A stretch of 64,000 nucleotides of DNA, from positions 33,170,001 through 33,234,000 of the forward strand of contig OX597826.1 of the NCBI GenBank assembly GCA_951406725.2. The letters run 5' to 3'. Source of the DNA: Octopus vulgaris. Taxonomy: Eukaryota. Each line of letters opens with the position of its first letter. Positions within the stretch are counted from its first letter, which is position 1. The notes beneath the pieces were generated by a model. It searched no databases, was not told where the DNA came from, and saw only the letters and a list, made by a program, of their open reading frames with translations. A program made the position numbers and the translations under genes. Shown one piece after another: positions 1 through 13,960 of this stretch.

Positions 1-140
1 GCTGAAACTCCCTGGGAACTACATTAACGTTACATGTGTCTGTGTAGTACTCAGCCACTTGCTCATCATTCCACAATTAGGGAGTTCTATTGATAAATTC
101 AATTGGAACCCTCTTCATCGTACCCAATGGAGTTCCTGTT
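1..140 (+). mobile_element. 3' part of SINE family D
   Basis: ctccctgggaactac...tgtctgtgtagtactcagccacttg matches the 3' body of the copies at 22895-22985, 17980-18045 and 51445-51520. Confidence 0.6.
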
Positions 141-450
141 TAATATTTTCATGACATTGGTTTATTACTGGTATTTGTTCTCTTCACTTTCAGAAGAACA
201 ACAATATGATATATTTCTACAAACCATCAAGAAATCCAAAGCTTAGTTTATCAAATGAACTTAGGAATATTCCAGCAAGAATAAAGGTTTTCCTTTTTTA
301 TTCATGTCTTTCTCTGGAGGAGGAGGAGATGTTTCATGTGACATTTGTAGACCCTCTGAGACTGGGGAGATTGATGGAGTTATTGAGTTATTGTTCCTTT
401 AGAACTTGAATCTCTTACACAATATTGATGTATCAAAGCAACCTACACAT

Positions 451-452
<2 letters not shown>

Positions 453-491
<39 letters not shown>

Positions 492-563
492 AAACTATAT
501 ATATATATATGCACACACACATTATATACATATCTATATATATATACATATATACTAACAGTT

Positions 564-596
<33 letters not shown>

Positions 597-597
597 T

Positions 598-641
<44 letters not shown>

Positions 642-880
642 TTATATATCTATCTCTATCTATATATATACATATATACTGACAGGTTTATATGTATATA
701 TATATATAGTTATATAGATGTAGATGCAGCAATATATAGCTAGATAGATATACCTATATGTGTGCATGTGTATATATATGTGTGTGTGTGTGTATATATA
801 TATATGTGTGTACATGCATACATATATATATACATACATATATATACACATACATATATATATGCATTTATGTATGTATA
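453..880. repeat. Compound (TA)n/(CA)n microsatellite; representative of dozens of similar tracts (e.g. 1320-1740, 6400-7190, 8820-9230, 12210-12760, 14890-15240, 16600-17030, 29210-29930, 30820-31460, 34970-35230, 35930-36420, 47620-48070, 48480-48930, 58490-59140)
   Basis: Directly visible dinucleotide runs. These explain the YIYI, HTHT and CVCV pseudo-ORFs. Confidence 0.97.
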
Positions 881-1348
881 TCTACATAGCTGCCTGCATG
901 CTTGCCTACACAACAGCCAAAATGACACATGCCAACACACGAGGAATATTACACTGTAAAGAACCACCATATGAATTACCGTGTAACAATGCCATAATTT
1001 ACAGAAGATTCAGATTTATAAATAGTGAATACCTTATTTCAATGTTAACATGTCAATAACGAAGCTAGTGAATTACGGTTTATCAACATTATGGGCTGTG
1101 CTTCTGTGTTGGTCAAGAAACACAATTATACGACAATAAATATTACTTTATTATGTTGAGCTAAAGGTAAATAATATGTCAATGATTCACTGGTGAGCCT
1201 CGGCTTATTCGAGTAATGTAATTCTTTTGTCTTCCATCTGTAGGAATTCAATGAAATGCTGTATTGCATAGCCACGTCGGGAGATTAGCTTTCAAGTAAT
1301 TTTGCATACACATATATTGACGTGTGTGTGTGTGTGTGTATGTGTTCG

Positions 1349-1383
<35 letters not shown>

Positions 1384-1589
1384 ATGTGTGTTTGTGTATA
1401 TATGTGTATGTACATGTATGTATATATATATATGTGTGTGTGTCTGTATATATATATATGTATACATATATATAAATATACATTGTATATATATATGCAT
1501 GTGTGTCTGTGTATGCATGAAGACATATATACATACATACATACAAATATATATATATATATATATACAATGCACACACATACACATAC

Positions 1590-1623
<34 letters not shown>

Positions 1624-1679
1624 GTGTGTATATATACATGTGTATATATACGTGTGTATATAGCTAGATAGATAGGTAA

Positions 1680-1742
<63 letters not shown>

Positions 1743-2299
1743 AATGAGAGCACGTTTAAATGTACAAATGTGCTCTGTACACACACAAACCTGATAATAT
1801 TAACTTCTCTCTGTCTCCCTCCTTCTCTCTCTCTCTGTATATATATTTATATACATACAAACACACACATGTGTATTTATATATATCTTACATAATCTAA
1901 TAAACGAATGTCGTTTTTTTTTGTGTTTGTCTGTGCATCTATCAGTCTGTAAATAATATTCCATCTCTCTCAGACAACTGAGGCCATCTCCTTGGAATTT
2001 CGCACATAAACCAATTTAGACCAGTTAATAACTCTAATCCACTTTGCAATGGTTTTCTTCCTCCTTGACCATGATAGCTGAACTGATTTTCTTACCAAAA
2101 GATCTAACATGGCAGCAAGACTAAGCAGCCATAGGTGAATTGGTTAAGGAGTTGAAGTTGTGACTAACTAAACCCTCAGCTACTGAGTTCAAATCAGTTT
2201 AAGGTAGCATTTGAATTTTATTTTTAATCTTTACCATTAAAATCTGCTTTTTTTCTTACTTTGTTTGCAAGTTTTGCGGTTGTTGTGTTTTTTTTAGTT

Positions 2300-2690
2300 C
2301 CTTTGCTTGTTTCAGTCATTAGACTGTGGCCATGCTGGGGCAATGTTTTGAAGAATGTTTGGTCGAATGAATCAACTCTAGTACTTGTTTCTTTTTAATG
2401 CCTTGTACTCTTATTCTATCAGTCTCTTTTGCTGAACCACTAATGTGACAAGGACATAAACACACCAACACTGGCTGTCAAGCAGTGGTGGGTGACAAAC
2501 GCAGATAAATAGACACACACACAGAGCAGGTCTGCACACACTTTTTGTCCAGCAGTGTTCTTTTCATAATATATCATTAACTGCTTTGTGTCAATAGAAG
2601 AAGACATTAGCTCATGGTACCCTGTAGGTGGATGGAACCCAAAACTATATGCCTGAATAGCAAACTGTCTTAACCACACAGCCAAACCTG
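2300..2690 (-). mobile_element. SINE family A copy (degenerate)
   Basis: Reverse complement of the family A tail (tgtttcagtcatt...gactgtggccatgctgggg) and head (taaccacacagcc). Confidence 0.7.
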
Positions 2691-2784
2691 CAAGTGTTGA
2701 TGGTGTTAGGGGATGCAGAGCCAGGGCTTAGCAAGAAATATCCATACTTGCGAGGTATGTTTCATACAACATAAACGTTATTAT

Positions 2785-2900
2785 AGTCATCATGATGATA
2801 ATGATCCTCATGAACGTTGTCGTCATCGTCATCGTCATCAACATTATCATCATCATCATCATTATCGTTGTCATCGTCATCATCATCATCGTTGTCATCG

Positions 2901-2934
<34 letters not shown>

Positions 2935-2985
2935 TATCATATTTGTCGTCGTCATCATCATCATCATCATCATCATCACCATGAT
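2785..2985. repeat. (ATC)n/(GAT)n trinucleotide tract; similar tracts at 3495-3780, 7375-7820, 16085-16450, 17460-17775, 37040-37300, 44520-44860, 61185-61410 and 61715-61950
   Basis: Directly visible. These explain the poly-His/Met/Asp/Ser pseudo-ORFs. Confidence 0.95.
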
Positions 2986-3018
2986 TGAATGCATGTTATG
3001 AAAATTACATGAATAGTG

Positions 3019-3156
3019 GAGTGGCTGTGTAGCAAGTATCTTGCTTACCAACTACATGGTTCCAGTTCAGTCCCACTACGTGGCACCTTTGGGCAAGTGT
3101 TTTCTACTATAGCCTTGGACCAACCAAAGCCTTGTGAGTGAATTTGGTAGATGGAA

Positions 3157-3215
<59 letters not shown>

Positions 3216-3440
3216 GTATGTGTGTCTGTGTTTGACCCCCTATTACCCCAACATCACTTGACAACCGTTGCTGGTGTGTTTACGTCCCCGTAACTTAGTG
3301 GTTCAGCAAAAGAGACCGATAGAATAAGTACTAGGCTTACAAAGAATAAGTCCTGGGGTCGATTTGATCGACTAAAAGCAGTGCTCCAGTATGGTTACAG
3401 TCAAATGACTGAAACAAGTTAAAGAGTAAAAGAGTAAGAA
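3019..3440 (+). mobile_element. SINE family A, near full length: tRNA-like head, internal (TA)n/(TG)n spacer, 3' body ending in (agtaaa)n
   Basis: Head gtggctgtgtagcaag...cagttcagtcccact has A/B-box-like motifs, followed by ccttgggcaagtg...ccaaagccttgtgagtg. The 3' body gatagaataagtactaggcttac...tgactgaaacaag recurs at 38210-38605, 42305-42705(-), 45000-45210(-), 53540-53675, 56150-56345 and 57490-57870(-). The head recurs at 54328-54490 and 63145-63300. Confidence 0.85.
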
Positions 3441-4244
3441 TAAAGAGCAGTAATCTCTCTTGTGAATCCCTTGCAGCATTCTGAAAATTATAGAGATGAT
3501 GATGTTTGTGTTGATGACAACGATGATGACGATGATGATAATGACAGCAACAACAATGGCAACAATAACCATGAACACAACAACTATGACAGCAACGATG
3601 ATGATAAAGATGTTGTTGAGATGATGACAATGATGATGATGAGGGTTACGATTATGATGATGATGATGATGGCGATGGTTGTTATAAAGAAGTTGATGAT
3701 GATGACAGTGATGATAGAAATGACAACGATGATGATGAAGATAACAATGATGATGATGATGATGATGATGATGTTATGAAACGTACATCTGGATTAGCAT
3801 CATCTGAAGAAGTATCTTAGACTTAAGATGCTGCCCCTAAGATCTTCCCAAGGTTCTGTTGAAGGTCAGTCAGTGTACTTAACTCTGATTTGAAGGCTTT
3901 TAAAGTGATTATTTGTCTTTATTCTTGGACAGAACATCAACTTACCTTCAATAAGATTCCTACAAGTCTTCAATCGGTAATTCCTAAATGGCTGGATCAA
4001 CCAGCACATGTACACTTGAGTGCAAACGAAACGCCATCAGTGTATTTGCAGTGATGGGTTCAAATGACGGGAAACCAAGGCTAATGATTTAACCTTTAAG
4101 TTTTGGCTTAATGAGAGAGACCTATACATCATTGCTAAACTGCTGGAAATAGCAGCCAAATCTCCCTCAAATTGCTTCTTACTGTCACACTCTTCCGCCC
4201 TTTCTCTTTCTTTCTCTGTATTTCTATGCATTTGTAAATAAGTA

Positions 4245-4615
4245 ATATTACCAGTGTCACCTTGTGATCATTACCAGCGTCGCCTTACTGGCACTTGTGC
4301 TGGTGGCATGTGGAAAACTTTTGAGTGAGGTCGTTGCCAGTGCCGCTGGACTGGCTCCTGTGCAGGTGGCAAATAAAAAACACCACTTGAGCCTGGCTAT
4401 TGCCATTACTGCCTGACTGGCCCTCGTGCCAGTGGCACGTAAAAGCAACTACTACAAACTCAGAGTGGTTGGAATTAGGAAGGGCATCCAGCTGTAGAAA
4501 CTGCCAGATCAGATTGGAGTATGGTACAACCATCTGGTTTGCTAGACCGCAGTCAAATCATCCAACCCATGCCAGCATGGAAAGCGGACATTAAATGATG
4601 ACGATGATGATGATG
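4245..4615 (+). mobile_element. SINE family B: internal ~60-65 bp tandem subunits and a (GAT)n tail
   Basis: gcacgtaaaagca...gagtggttgg...aggaagggcatccagctgtagaaac...ccaacccatgccagcatggaaagcggacattaaatgatga. Other copies at 13490-13735(-), 14440-14728(-), 24552-24865, 27219-27460(-), 32755-33198, 33780-34130, 37630-37860, 49434-49759 and 51010-51430. Confidence 0.85.
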
Positions 4616-5226
4616 ATATCATCGTTGTCATTGAGTTATATATACTCTTGGCAGGTTCAATACCATGAAATGCTCTGATATTATTGTGTGTGTATGTGTG
4701 TACATGTTTACGCACACATTTGTATGTATATTGTTGTTGTCATTACCATTGTCGTCGTCATCATTGTCATTGTTGTCGTTGTCGTCATCATTGTCAGCAT
4801 CATCGTCATCATCACCATCATCATCATTATCACAATTCGATACTCATTTTCCATGCTGGCATCGTTTGAATGGTTTGACAGGAGCTAGCAAGGCTGGGTG
4901 CCACAGCAGGCTCCAAATGTCTGTACGGGAATGGTTTCCACAGCTTCATGCTTTTCCTTATGCCAACCACTTTACAGAGTGTACTGGGTGATTATTACGT
5001 GGCACCAGCACCAACAGGGTCACTGAGTAACTTGCAAAACAAAAACAACAAACAAAAATCCCCCTCAGCTGGGAGGAAGGAGCAGTAGCGAGGGTAGCAG
5101 CAGTTTTATACAAGTTGATGAGAGATTTATATATGCATATGTCTATCTAGCTATCTTCTTATCTATCTATCTTTCTACATATCTACCCATGTATGTATGT
5201 ATCTATCTATATATCTATCTGTCTGT

Positions 5227-5259
<33 letters not shown>

Positions 5260-5571
5260 CACCTACCTATCTTTATATATATATATATATATATACATAT
5301 ATATATGCATATATATGTGTGTCTGTGTGTATGTTTGTATGAGATTGTATTTCCTTTGTTTCAGCTGATTTGTTACCTCTCTTGAAAACAAGTGAAGATT
5401 GGTGAAAGGAAGAGCACCCAACGCTAGAAAACATACTCCTGTTTTGATCCATTCAAGCATAAAGAAGTAGTTATTAAAACAATGATAATGATGCGGATGA
5501 TGATGATGACGATTATTTCACTGGTCCTATATTTATTTGACCCCAGGAGGATGAAAACCAGAGTTTTAATT

Positions 5572-5573
<2 letters not shown>

Positions 5574-5647
<74 letters not shown>
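5574..5647. repeat. (TAA)n tract; others at 10588-10650, 11150-11272, 20412-20563, 39187-39270, 47490-47620, 52430-52700, 59285-59420 and 61407-61525
   Basis: Directly visible. Confidence 0.97.
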
Positions 5648-5649
<2 letters not shown>

Positions 5650-5696
5650 TAAAAAATACCTTAGGAACGAGAACCCAGGTTTGAAATTTCCCCAAG

Positions 5697-5740
5697 ACAC
5701 CTGATGAAGGCTGGAGGGTATATCAGCTAAGATGCTATGT
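5697..5740 (+). ncRNA. Decayed type I hammerhead ribozyme within a short element (~5648-5830)
   Basis: acac-CTGATGA-a-ggctg...cagct-AAGA-tgct-atgt. The core CUGAUGA and stem II are intact; GAAA and stem III are mutated. Confidence 0.4.
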
Positions 5741-8076
5741 TAACAACAAACAAGATGAGAACAAATATCTGTCAAATGTAAATAATGTAAATGATACACA
5801 TAATTCCTCAACTCTTAAATATAGAACTGTAAAATCTACCGTTTGTTAAGGAATGTCATGTTTAAAATTACTTTTTGTTGAGATACGTCTAATTTATTAG
5901 ACATCTTGACTTGCAGAAAATACCAATTCTATTTTTGGTAGATATTCAACATCAATTTAATTTCACAGTCAAAGGGTTAAAAAGCCTTGCTATAATACAT
6001 ACTGCCAATTTCCCATCTTGAAAATGAAGTTTAATTTGACATAATTGAATTAAACTAATGAATTAAAGTAAAAACCTTTACTATTAAATAAGCTTCATTG
6101 AGAGTCATAGAGCAGTAGCTGTCAGACATAGCTTCACGATAGAAAACATTTCATGCTCCTTCCTTCCCCGATGGTGTTTCCAAATGATGAAGACATTTAT
6201 AATATGAAATTGCCAAATGGCGCCAGATTGGTTCCAATCATTTTGGCTTCAACAAGAAAAAGAGAAATATTGTTGTGTCTGTTAGGTGTCAAATTGTTTT
6301 TTCTTCTTTTGGTTTTTTTCTACCAAGTCACCGACCCGATCTTGCAAGGAGACAAAAATAAATATACAAAATTGTATAAATATACACAGGCATATGTCTG
6401 TATGAATGTGTGTGTGTATTTAAGTATGTGTGTATGTGTGTGCATACATATAAGTATATATATATATATACACATACACACATATGTATATACATATATA
6501 TATGTACACTTATATATATATTTGATATATATATATACATACATATATATATATATACATATGTGTGTGTATGCATGTATGTATATGTATATGCATACAC
6601 ACACATATTTGTTAGAGGAGATGTATGTATCTTCATGTGAGTGTGTTATAGTGAATGATATTATATGTGTGTGTGTATGTGAATACATATGTATAAGTAT
6701 ACGTGTATATGTATATATATATATATATATCTATATCAACCATATATATACACATACACAGACACACACATACACACACACATACATATACTCATATATA
6801 GATATATATATTATTTTATGAACAATAACGTACTTTTATATTGATATATATATATATGTATATATATATATATTTACACACATATCTGCATGCATATACA
6901 TACCTATAAATTTGTGACACACACACACACACACGCACACATTTATATAGTTACAAGAGAAACACGTACATATATGCTTGTACCTCTCACCAAAACTTTA
7001 CACATGTGTAGTGTGTGTGACTGTGTGTGATTTGTGTGTGTGTGTGTGTGTTTGTGTGTGTATGTGTGCGTATGGGTCTGTGTGTCAGTGTGTATGTGAA
7101 TGTCTGTATGTATATAAATTTTTATGTTTGTGTGTGTGTGTATGTGAGTATGTGTGCACATGTGTGTGTTTGTGTGTGTGTATGTTAAGGTAAGGTCATG
7201 ATTTGATAGACACACCATTTCAAAACATATTTAACATTTTCAAAATATCTCTAAATTACGTTAAGAAAAACAAAACCAAAATGCCTCTATCCTCACTTTG
7301 ATATCTGCGTATCTTTTTCGAGATTGTTTTTAAAGATAGTCAACATTCATCTGCCTTCTTTTTCTTCACCAAAACAACATCGTCTACATCAACCCCACCA
7401 CCACCATCACCACCACCACCACCACCATCATCATCGTCATCATCGTCATCGTCATCATCATCATCATCTTCATCATTATCATCATCATCATCATCATCAT
7501 CACAATCATCATAATCATCTTCATCATAATCATCATCATCATCGTCGTCGTCGTCATCATCATCATCATCGTCGTCGTTGTCAACGTCATCATCATTATT
7601 GGGATCATCATTGGGATTATCATTGTCATCATCATCATCTTCATGAATATCATCATCGCCATCATCATCATTGCCATCCCCGTTCTTGTCATCATCATCA
7701 TCGTCATCATTGTCATCATATTTATTTTCCTCCTTCATTCTCCTTCTCCTTCACCTCCACCTCCTCCTCCTCCTCCTCATCATCATCATCGTAGTCATCA
7801 TCGTCTTCACTGTCATCATCCAGTTTACTTAAAGAACTGCATGGTTGGCGTCATTTTCCTCCGTCTCATACACTAAAGCCCCTTTTAATAAATCTTCTGT
7901 TCTAACAGTACTTTCCAACATAACACGTTACATGTTTAGGTCTTCCATTTTTAATTTTCTTATTTCCTTCCTGCAACAACATTATTTTTCCTCATAACAA
8001 TCTCTTGTGAGCATTCCTGCTTTGTTTGTATTCATTTCTGATCTCTTTTTTGTCTATCTCTATGTAGCTTTAACAA

Positions 8077-8390
8077 GAATGGCTTTGTGGATAAGGAGAT
8101 TGACTCTCAGCCACATGGTGCCAGGTTCAGTCCCATTGCATGACACATTGTCTTTTACTATAGGCTCAGGCATATGAATCATAGCCTTGTACATGGATTT
8201 ATAGATGGAAATTGAGAGAAGCCCACCATGTGTGTAATTATCTTTCAGTATCTGTCTATGAAATCCACTGTCAAGGCTTTAGTCGGCCCAAGGCTATAGT
8301 ACAAACACTTGCCCGAGTTACCATACAGTGGGACTGAACCTGCAACGATGTGGTTAGGAAGCAAGCTTCTTACCACGCAGCCACACCTGG
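8077..8390. mobile_element. Two SINE family A heads in inverted orientation (8077-8230 +, 8240-8390 -)
   Basis: ggttcagtcccattgc on the + strand; cagtgggactgaacc...cttaccacgcagcc is its reverse complement. Confidence 0.75.
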
Positions 8391-8953
8391 TAGTTAATAA
8401 ATTAGCAAGCAGTGTCTTTTGTTACCGGATTTCTGTGTAAACATATTTTGTCATTAAGAAGTAATATCTTGCTTCAAAATGGGTGAGGGTTAGTGACAGG
8501 GAGTGCATCAGGCTGCAGAATTTCTCCCTCATCAAGTTTCCATCTGACCCATGCAAGCATGGAAAATTGTATGTGAAAAGCAACGATGCTGGTGATAATG
8601 AAAAGGTGATAAATGTATGTTTAATGTGCTACTGAAAGTGTTGGTGTACATATTAAATCTAAACAAACTCAGGCTTGTTGCTGTTCATATTGAAATTTAA
8701 TACTGATTGCAATAAGTTAATTACCGCCATTATAATTACAGCTCAATAAATATTCAAATATTCAGCAGTATTAAATGCATGGAGTACTTTTCTTTGATAT
8801 GTGACAATACATGCAATTTACTATGTGTGTATATAAACGTGTATATGAGTGTGTGTGTGTGTGTGTGTGTGCATTTATACACATACACACATATCTTGAT
8901 ATAATATATATATATATATATATACATACATATATATACATATATATATATAC

Positions 8954-8988
<35 letters not shown>

Positions 8989-9035
8989 TATATATGGTAT
9001 ATATATATATGTGTGTGTGTGTGTATATACATATA

Positions 9036-9092
<57 letters not shown>

Positions 9093-9100
9093 TACATATG

Positions 9101-9167
<67 letters not shown>

Positions 9168-9185
9168 ATATATACATATACACAC

Positions 9186-9230
<45 letters not shown>

Positions 9231-10079
9231 CATGCATAACTCTCATTGCTGTAGTTTGGAAAGTATGCAATTTTGCATTTGGATAATTGCATTCCAGAAT
9301 ATCTCATAAAAATAACTCTATGCAATCAAGAAGGGCAACAACAACAACAACAACAGCAACAACAACGGCAACAACAACAACAACAACAAAATTCTGATGA
9401 CGCTGAGCTAGCTCTGAGTAGGGTAGAACGGTAAAAAAAGAATAACAGGAACATAAGCAAAAAAGGAAAACTAATACAAATATTCTCTTGGGAATGTTGG
9501 GTCTCTCTGAGATCTTTATTTGATATTGATTATGTTACCATTTTTAGTTTTATTTCATTATTTTTTAGACACCAGTCAGTCGAAGCCAGTCTTTAGAGTG
9601 TATTAAATATTTGACTGTGTTAGTTGTTATCTATTTAGTTAAGCTAACACCGTTTCCAGTCTCATTGGTTTTGTTCTTCTTTGAGACCAGCAAAGAGACA
9701 TTTGTTAAAAGTCACTTGTAACATTTAGTTTCTGAATGTTACAAGGTAAAAATTCAATTAATAATCATCTCACCTTGTTTCCAATTTCATTGTTTGTTCA
9801 CTGTGAACAGACAAATGCTGTTTACCTAAGGGGCCTAAATTCCACCAAGGACTTTCAGGGTTGGGTCTCTGTGAGATATTTACATTGGGGTCAGTGTAAT
9901 TGACTTATCTCTTACCCTAAAATTGCTGGCCTTGTGCCAAAATCTGAAACCATTGTAAGCTACATTTAAGGTAGCAAGCTAGTAGAATCATTAGCATATT
10001 GGAAATATTGCTTAGCAACATTTCTTGTGACCCCTTATAATTTCTCATGGCTTCTGATCTTAACTGATTGGAAGTGTTA

Positions 10080-10587
10080 TCACGTATATTATTTTGTCTT
10101 GATATAAAAGATGGGCTACAGCAAATACTCTGCTCCATACCACAGAATTGCTTGTCAGTTGCTTGACAAGAACTAGTTGAGCATGTCCCTTAGTGGCTGA
10201 CGATATGTGCATCCCTGATCACAAGCAGAATCACAGAATCTGATCACGAGCTGGGGAGAATCATAGCCATGTGTTGAGAGGAATTGTTTGGGATTTGAAT
10301 ATTTCACCTCTGGAAACATGGGAGTTTCATTTAACATCCTTAAACAGCCCTTATTCAGGGACCTTTTGAGTGGCATGGGCTACTCAAGCTGAAGAAAATT
10401 CTAACTGGGCCCCACCTGCAAGATAATGTGCTGTTTATCTTGATATGAGATCACCATGTCATGCACATATGGCTATGATGTATGTGCCTGGTGTACCCTT
10501 ATCAGAAGGAGCAATCATGATGGGTATACTGGGCTTTGTATATTTTACCCCAGTGTCACTTTAATGGCATGCACTGCTCTCTCACTC

Positions 10588-10590
<3 letters not shown>
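10080..10590 (+). mobile_element. Non-coding repeat with a (TAA)n tail (3' UTR, or SINE partner, of an R4/Dong-like element)
   Basis: A homologous copy lies on the minus strand at ~60895-61160 (ccactaagggacatgctcaact). The 3' end tgcactgctctctcactc-(aat)n is repeated at 11221-11240. Confidence 0.7.
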
Positions 10591-10650
<60 letters not shown>

Positions 10651-10651
<1 letters not shown>

Positions 10652-11148
10652 TTAATAAGGACATGAGCATACCCTGTGACCATAATAACATAGCAAAAGA
10701 ATTTCATAAGATCAGAAAATATAAAGATTTGTTAATCAAAATCAAAAAGATGTGGCATCTCAAGAGGGTTACAATACCAGTGATTACAGGAGCACTTGAA
10801 ATGATCAAAAAAGGAACTGAAAATTATTTTTAAATGATCCCTGGCTTACCATCCATACAGGAAGTGCAAAAGATTGTCTTAACTGGTACGTCACACGTAT
10901 TGAGAAGAGCATTGTCGCTGTGAATTTTCTTTCCTTTTCCCTCCACTTTATTTTTTTTGTTTATTTTCTATTTTTTTTATTTTTCTCCCTGTCTTCCCCT
11001 TTTTCTCTATCACATGACTTTGTAAATGAACAATCTGGTGTGTGTATTTTAATGGGCTACTAATGTATAGAGTCCGTTTCTCTGTCCAAGGTGTCAGGAA
11101 GCCACTCAGCAAGAAATGGAAATAGATTTGAAAGATGATGCAAGTAAA

Positions 11149-11150
<2 letters not shown>
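10651..11150 (+). pseudogene. 5'-truncated R4/Dong-clade non-LTR retrotransposon: C-terminus of the restriction-like endonuclease plus 3' UTR
   Basis: DMSIPCD..KIRKYKDL..MWHLK..IPVITGAL..*MIPGLPSIQEVQKIVLTGTSHVLRRAL*, with one in-frame stop at 10831. Flanked by (TAA)n on both sides. Confidence 0.8.
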
Positions 11151-11212
<62 letters not shown>

Positions 11213-11273
11213 TAGCATGTTGCACTGCTCTCTCACTCAATAATAATAATAATAATGATAATAATAATAATAA

Positions 11274-11735
11274 CCATACTCTGGGATATGCCAATACACA
11301 CAGATAGAGAAATTAAGGCCAACAGACCAGATATAGTTGTCAGAGATCATGAAGAAAAAAAATGCTTTCTAATTGATGTATCAATACCGGCAGATGACAA
11401 TGTATCTCTAAAAGAAATGGAGAAACTCTCAAAATACAAAGACCTGGAATTAGAGGTAACCAGAATGTGGAATCTAAAAACTGAAACAATTCCTATCATA
11501 GTAGGTGCATTAGGCATGATAAAAAATATTCAGGCAAATACATAACAAAAACACCAGAACTTACAAACACATATAACATACAGAAAATTGCACTACTGGG
11601 CACTGCACACATCCTACGCAGAACACTTTCCATACAATAACCATCAGAGCATCACAACAAATCACAGCACATACCCAAGACACACAGAGCTGCGCTCGGT
11701 AGTGAAGTGAAAGCACGATATAAAAAATAAAACTA

Positions 11736-11740
<5 letters not shown>
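11274..11740 (+). pseudogene. Second 5'-truncated R4/Dong-clade element: RLE (PD..D..K) domain plus 3' UTR
   Basis: ILWDMPIHTDREIKANRPDIVVRD..CFLIDVSIP..KLSKYKDL..IPIIVGALG, then a frameshift into QKIALLGTAHILRRTLSIQ* (stop at 11638). Flanked by (TAA)n. Confidence 0.88.
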
Positions 11741-11766
<26 letters not shown>

Positions 11767-12215
11767 TTAATAACCCAATATCTGGCTGGTATGTATTTTA
11801 TAGCAAAAAAATTCACTGCAGCAAGATTTGAACACTTAATGTGAAAGAACCACAACAGTTCCTGCAAACAATTTGTCCAATATTCCGACAGTTCTGTGAA
11901 TCTACAGCTTTGGCAGATAATTAGTGAAATTAAGTCAAGAATTTCTGTGGCAGATTCATTGACAGTTTGGAAGTAGGGTAGTGGAGGGTGGTAGCAGATG
12001 GGGGTTGATTCTGAACCCACCGTCACTAGTACTGCTGCTAACGCTGGTGGTGGTGGTGGCGGTGGTGGTGGTGGTGGCGATGCTGGTGGCGGCAGTGGTA
12101 GTGGTGGTGGAGCTGCTGCTGATGCTGCAGTTGGGTTTATGTAAAAGCAGCATGTTTTTATCCAGTCACTTTTGATCTTAAGTGGAAATGAACTCTAAAC
12201 TAAATATGGTATGTA

Positions 12216-12264
<49 letters not shown>

Positions 12265-12595
12265 GTATATATGTATATATATATATATATATACATATTT
12301 ATATATATGCACACATACATGTATGTGTGTATACATATATATACATAAATACATAAATACATACATACACATAAATATATATGCACACACACATGCATAT
12401 ATATGTATATATATACATATATATATATATACATCTTTATCTATATATACATGTGTATATGTATATGAGTGTGTGTATGTATATAGTAATGAGTGTGTGC
12501 ATGTAAAAATATATTTATATATATATATACATAAAAAACATATATATATATATATATATTATATATAGACATATATATATACATAAATACCCATA

Positions 12596-12643
<48 letters not shown>

Positions 12644-13214
12644 CATAGGTGCATATATGAATATATAGATATCTATATATATATAAATGGAAACATACAT
12701 ACACGTGCACACTTGAACACACATGCACACACATACATGCATGCACACATGTATATACATAAATTAGGAACGTTTTTAGATGAAGGAATTTATATGCTTA
12801 GAAGAACATGAGGAAGATATGTGAAATTGCTAAATTGTAAATTCAGTGTCAAAAATACATATTGAATACTTACTAGATGCATATCTGCAATATGCTGCAG
12901 ATATGCATCTCGTTGCAGTGCATTTAAAAAGGAAAATTAGCACCACACATCATAGCGCATATATATTGATATATATTAAAGCTTATGAAGTCCGAACACT
13001 GAAAGATGAATATCATAAGTAAGATTAGCAATTTAACTTGGCTGATCTGTTATCGCACGCAGTGTGTACATGGGTGCATAAGTGTGTGTGCATGTATGCA
13101 TGTGTGTGTGTGTGTGTGTGCTCGAGTGTGTTTGTTTATTGTTGTGTAAGTCTGTAAAGTGTGAGTCAGTGATGGACTTTATAAAGTCATTGATCTACAA
13201 ATGACTATTCTTTA

Positions 13215-13336
<122 letters not shown>

Positions 13337-13960
13337 GCACACATACATGCATACATGCCTGTGTGCATGTTCAATAGATGCTAGTATGGAAGGCAGACAT
13401 TATGATATGTGTAGATATAATCATCTTCATCGTCATCATCGTTTAAACATCTATTTTCACAAGCTTGCCTATATATGCATGCAAGTACATATCATCATCA
13501 TCATCATCATCATCTTCTTTTAACCTCCGTTTTCCATGTTAGCATGGCTTGGACGGTTTCGACCAGGGTCTGGGAAGCCAAGAGGCGGCACCAGCCTCCA
13601 GTCTGATCTGGCAGTGTTTCTACAGCTGGATGCCCTTCCTAACGCCAACCACTCCGTGAGTGTAGTGGGTGCTTTTTATGTGCCACCAGCACAGGTTCCA
13701 AGGGAGGCTGGCAGTGGCCATAATCAGTTGGTGCAAACAGATCTTCTTATCCCTTAGACGGTTATTCCAACCACTAATTCTACTAACCTATGTATGTACA
13801 TACATAAATACATACATATAATATATATATGTATGTATGTATGCATCTATCACTCTATCTATCAATATATCTATCTGTCTATCTTTCTAGGTATGTGTAT
13901 GCATATATACACACGTACACACACACAAACATATACACACACTTACGCACATATATATGT

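Noticed and set aside
3804-3835. CTGAAGA followed by a hairpin (gtatctt/aagatgc)
   Set aside because: No GAAA, stem III or stem I, so not an HHR.
6153-6821. 222-aa ORF with a hydrophobic stretch
   Set aside because: The C-terminal two thirds are TA/TG repeat, and the N-terminus has no recognisable motif or clear splice context.
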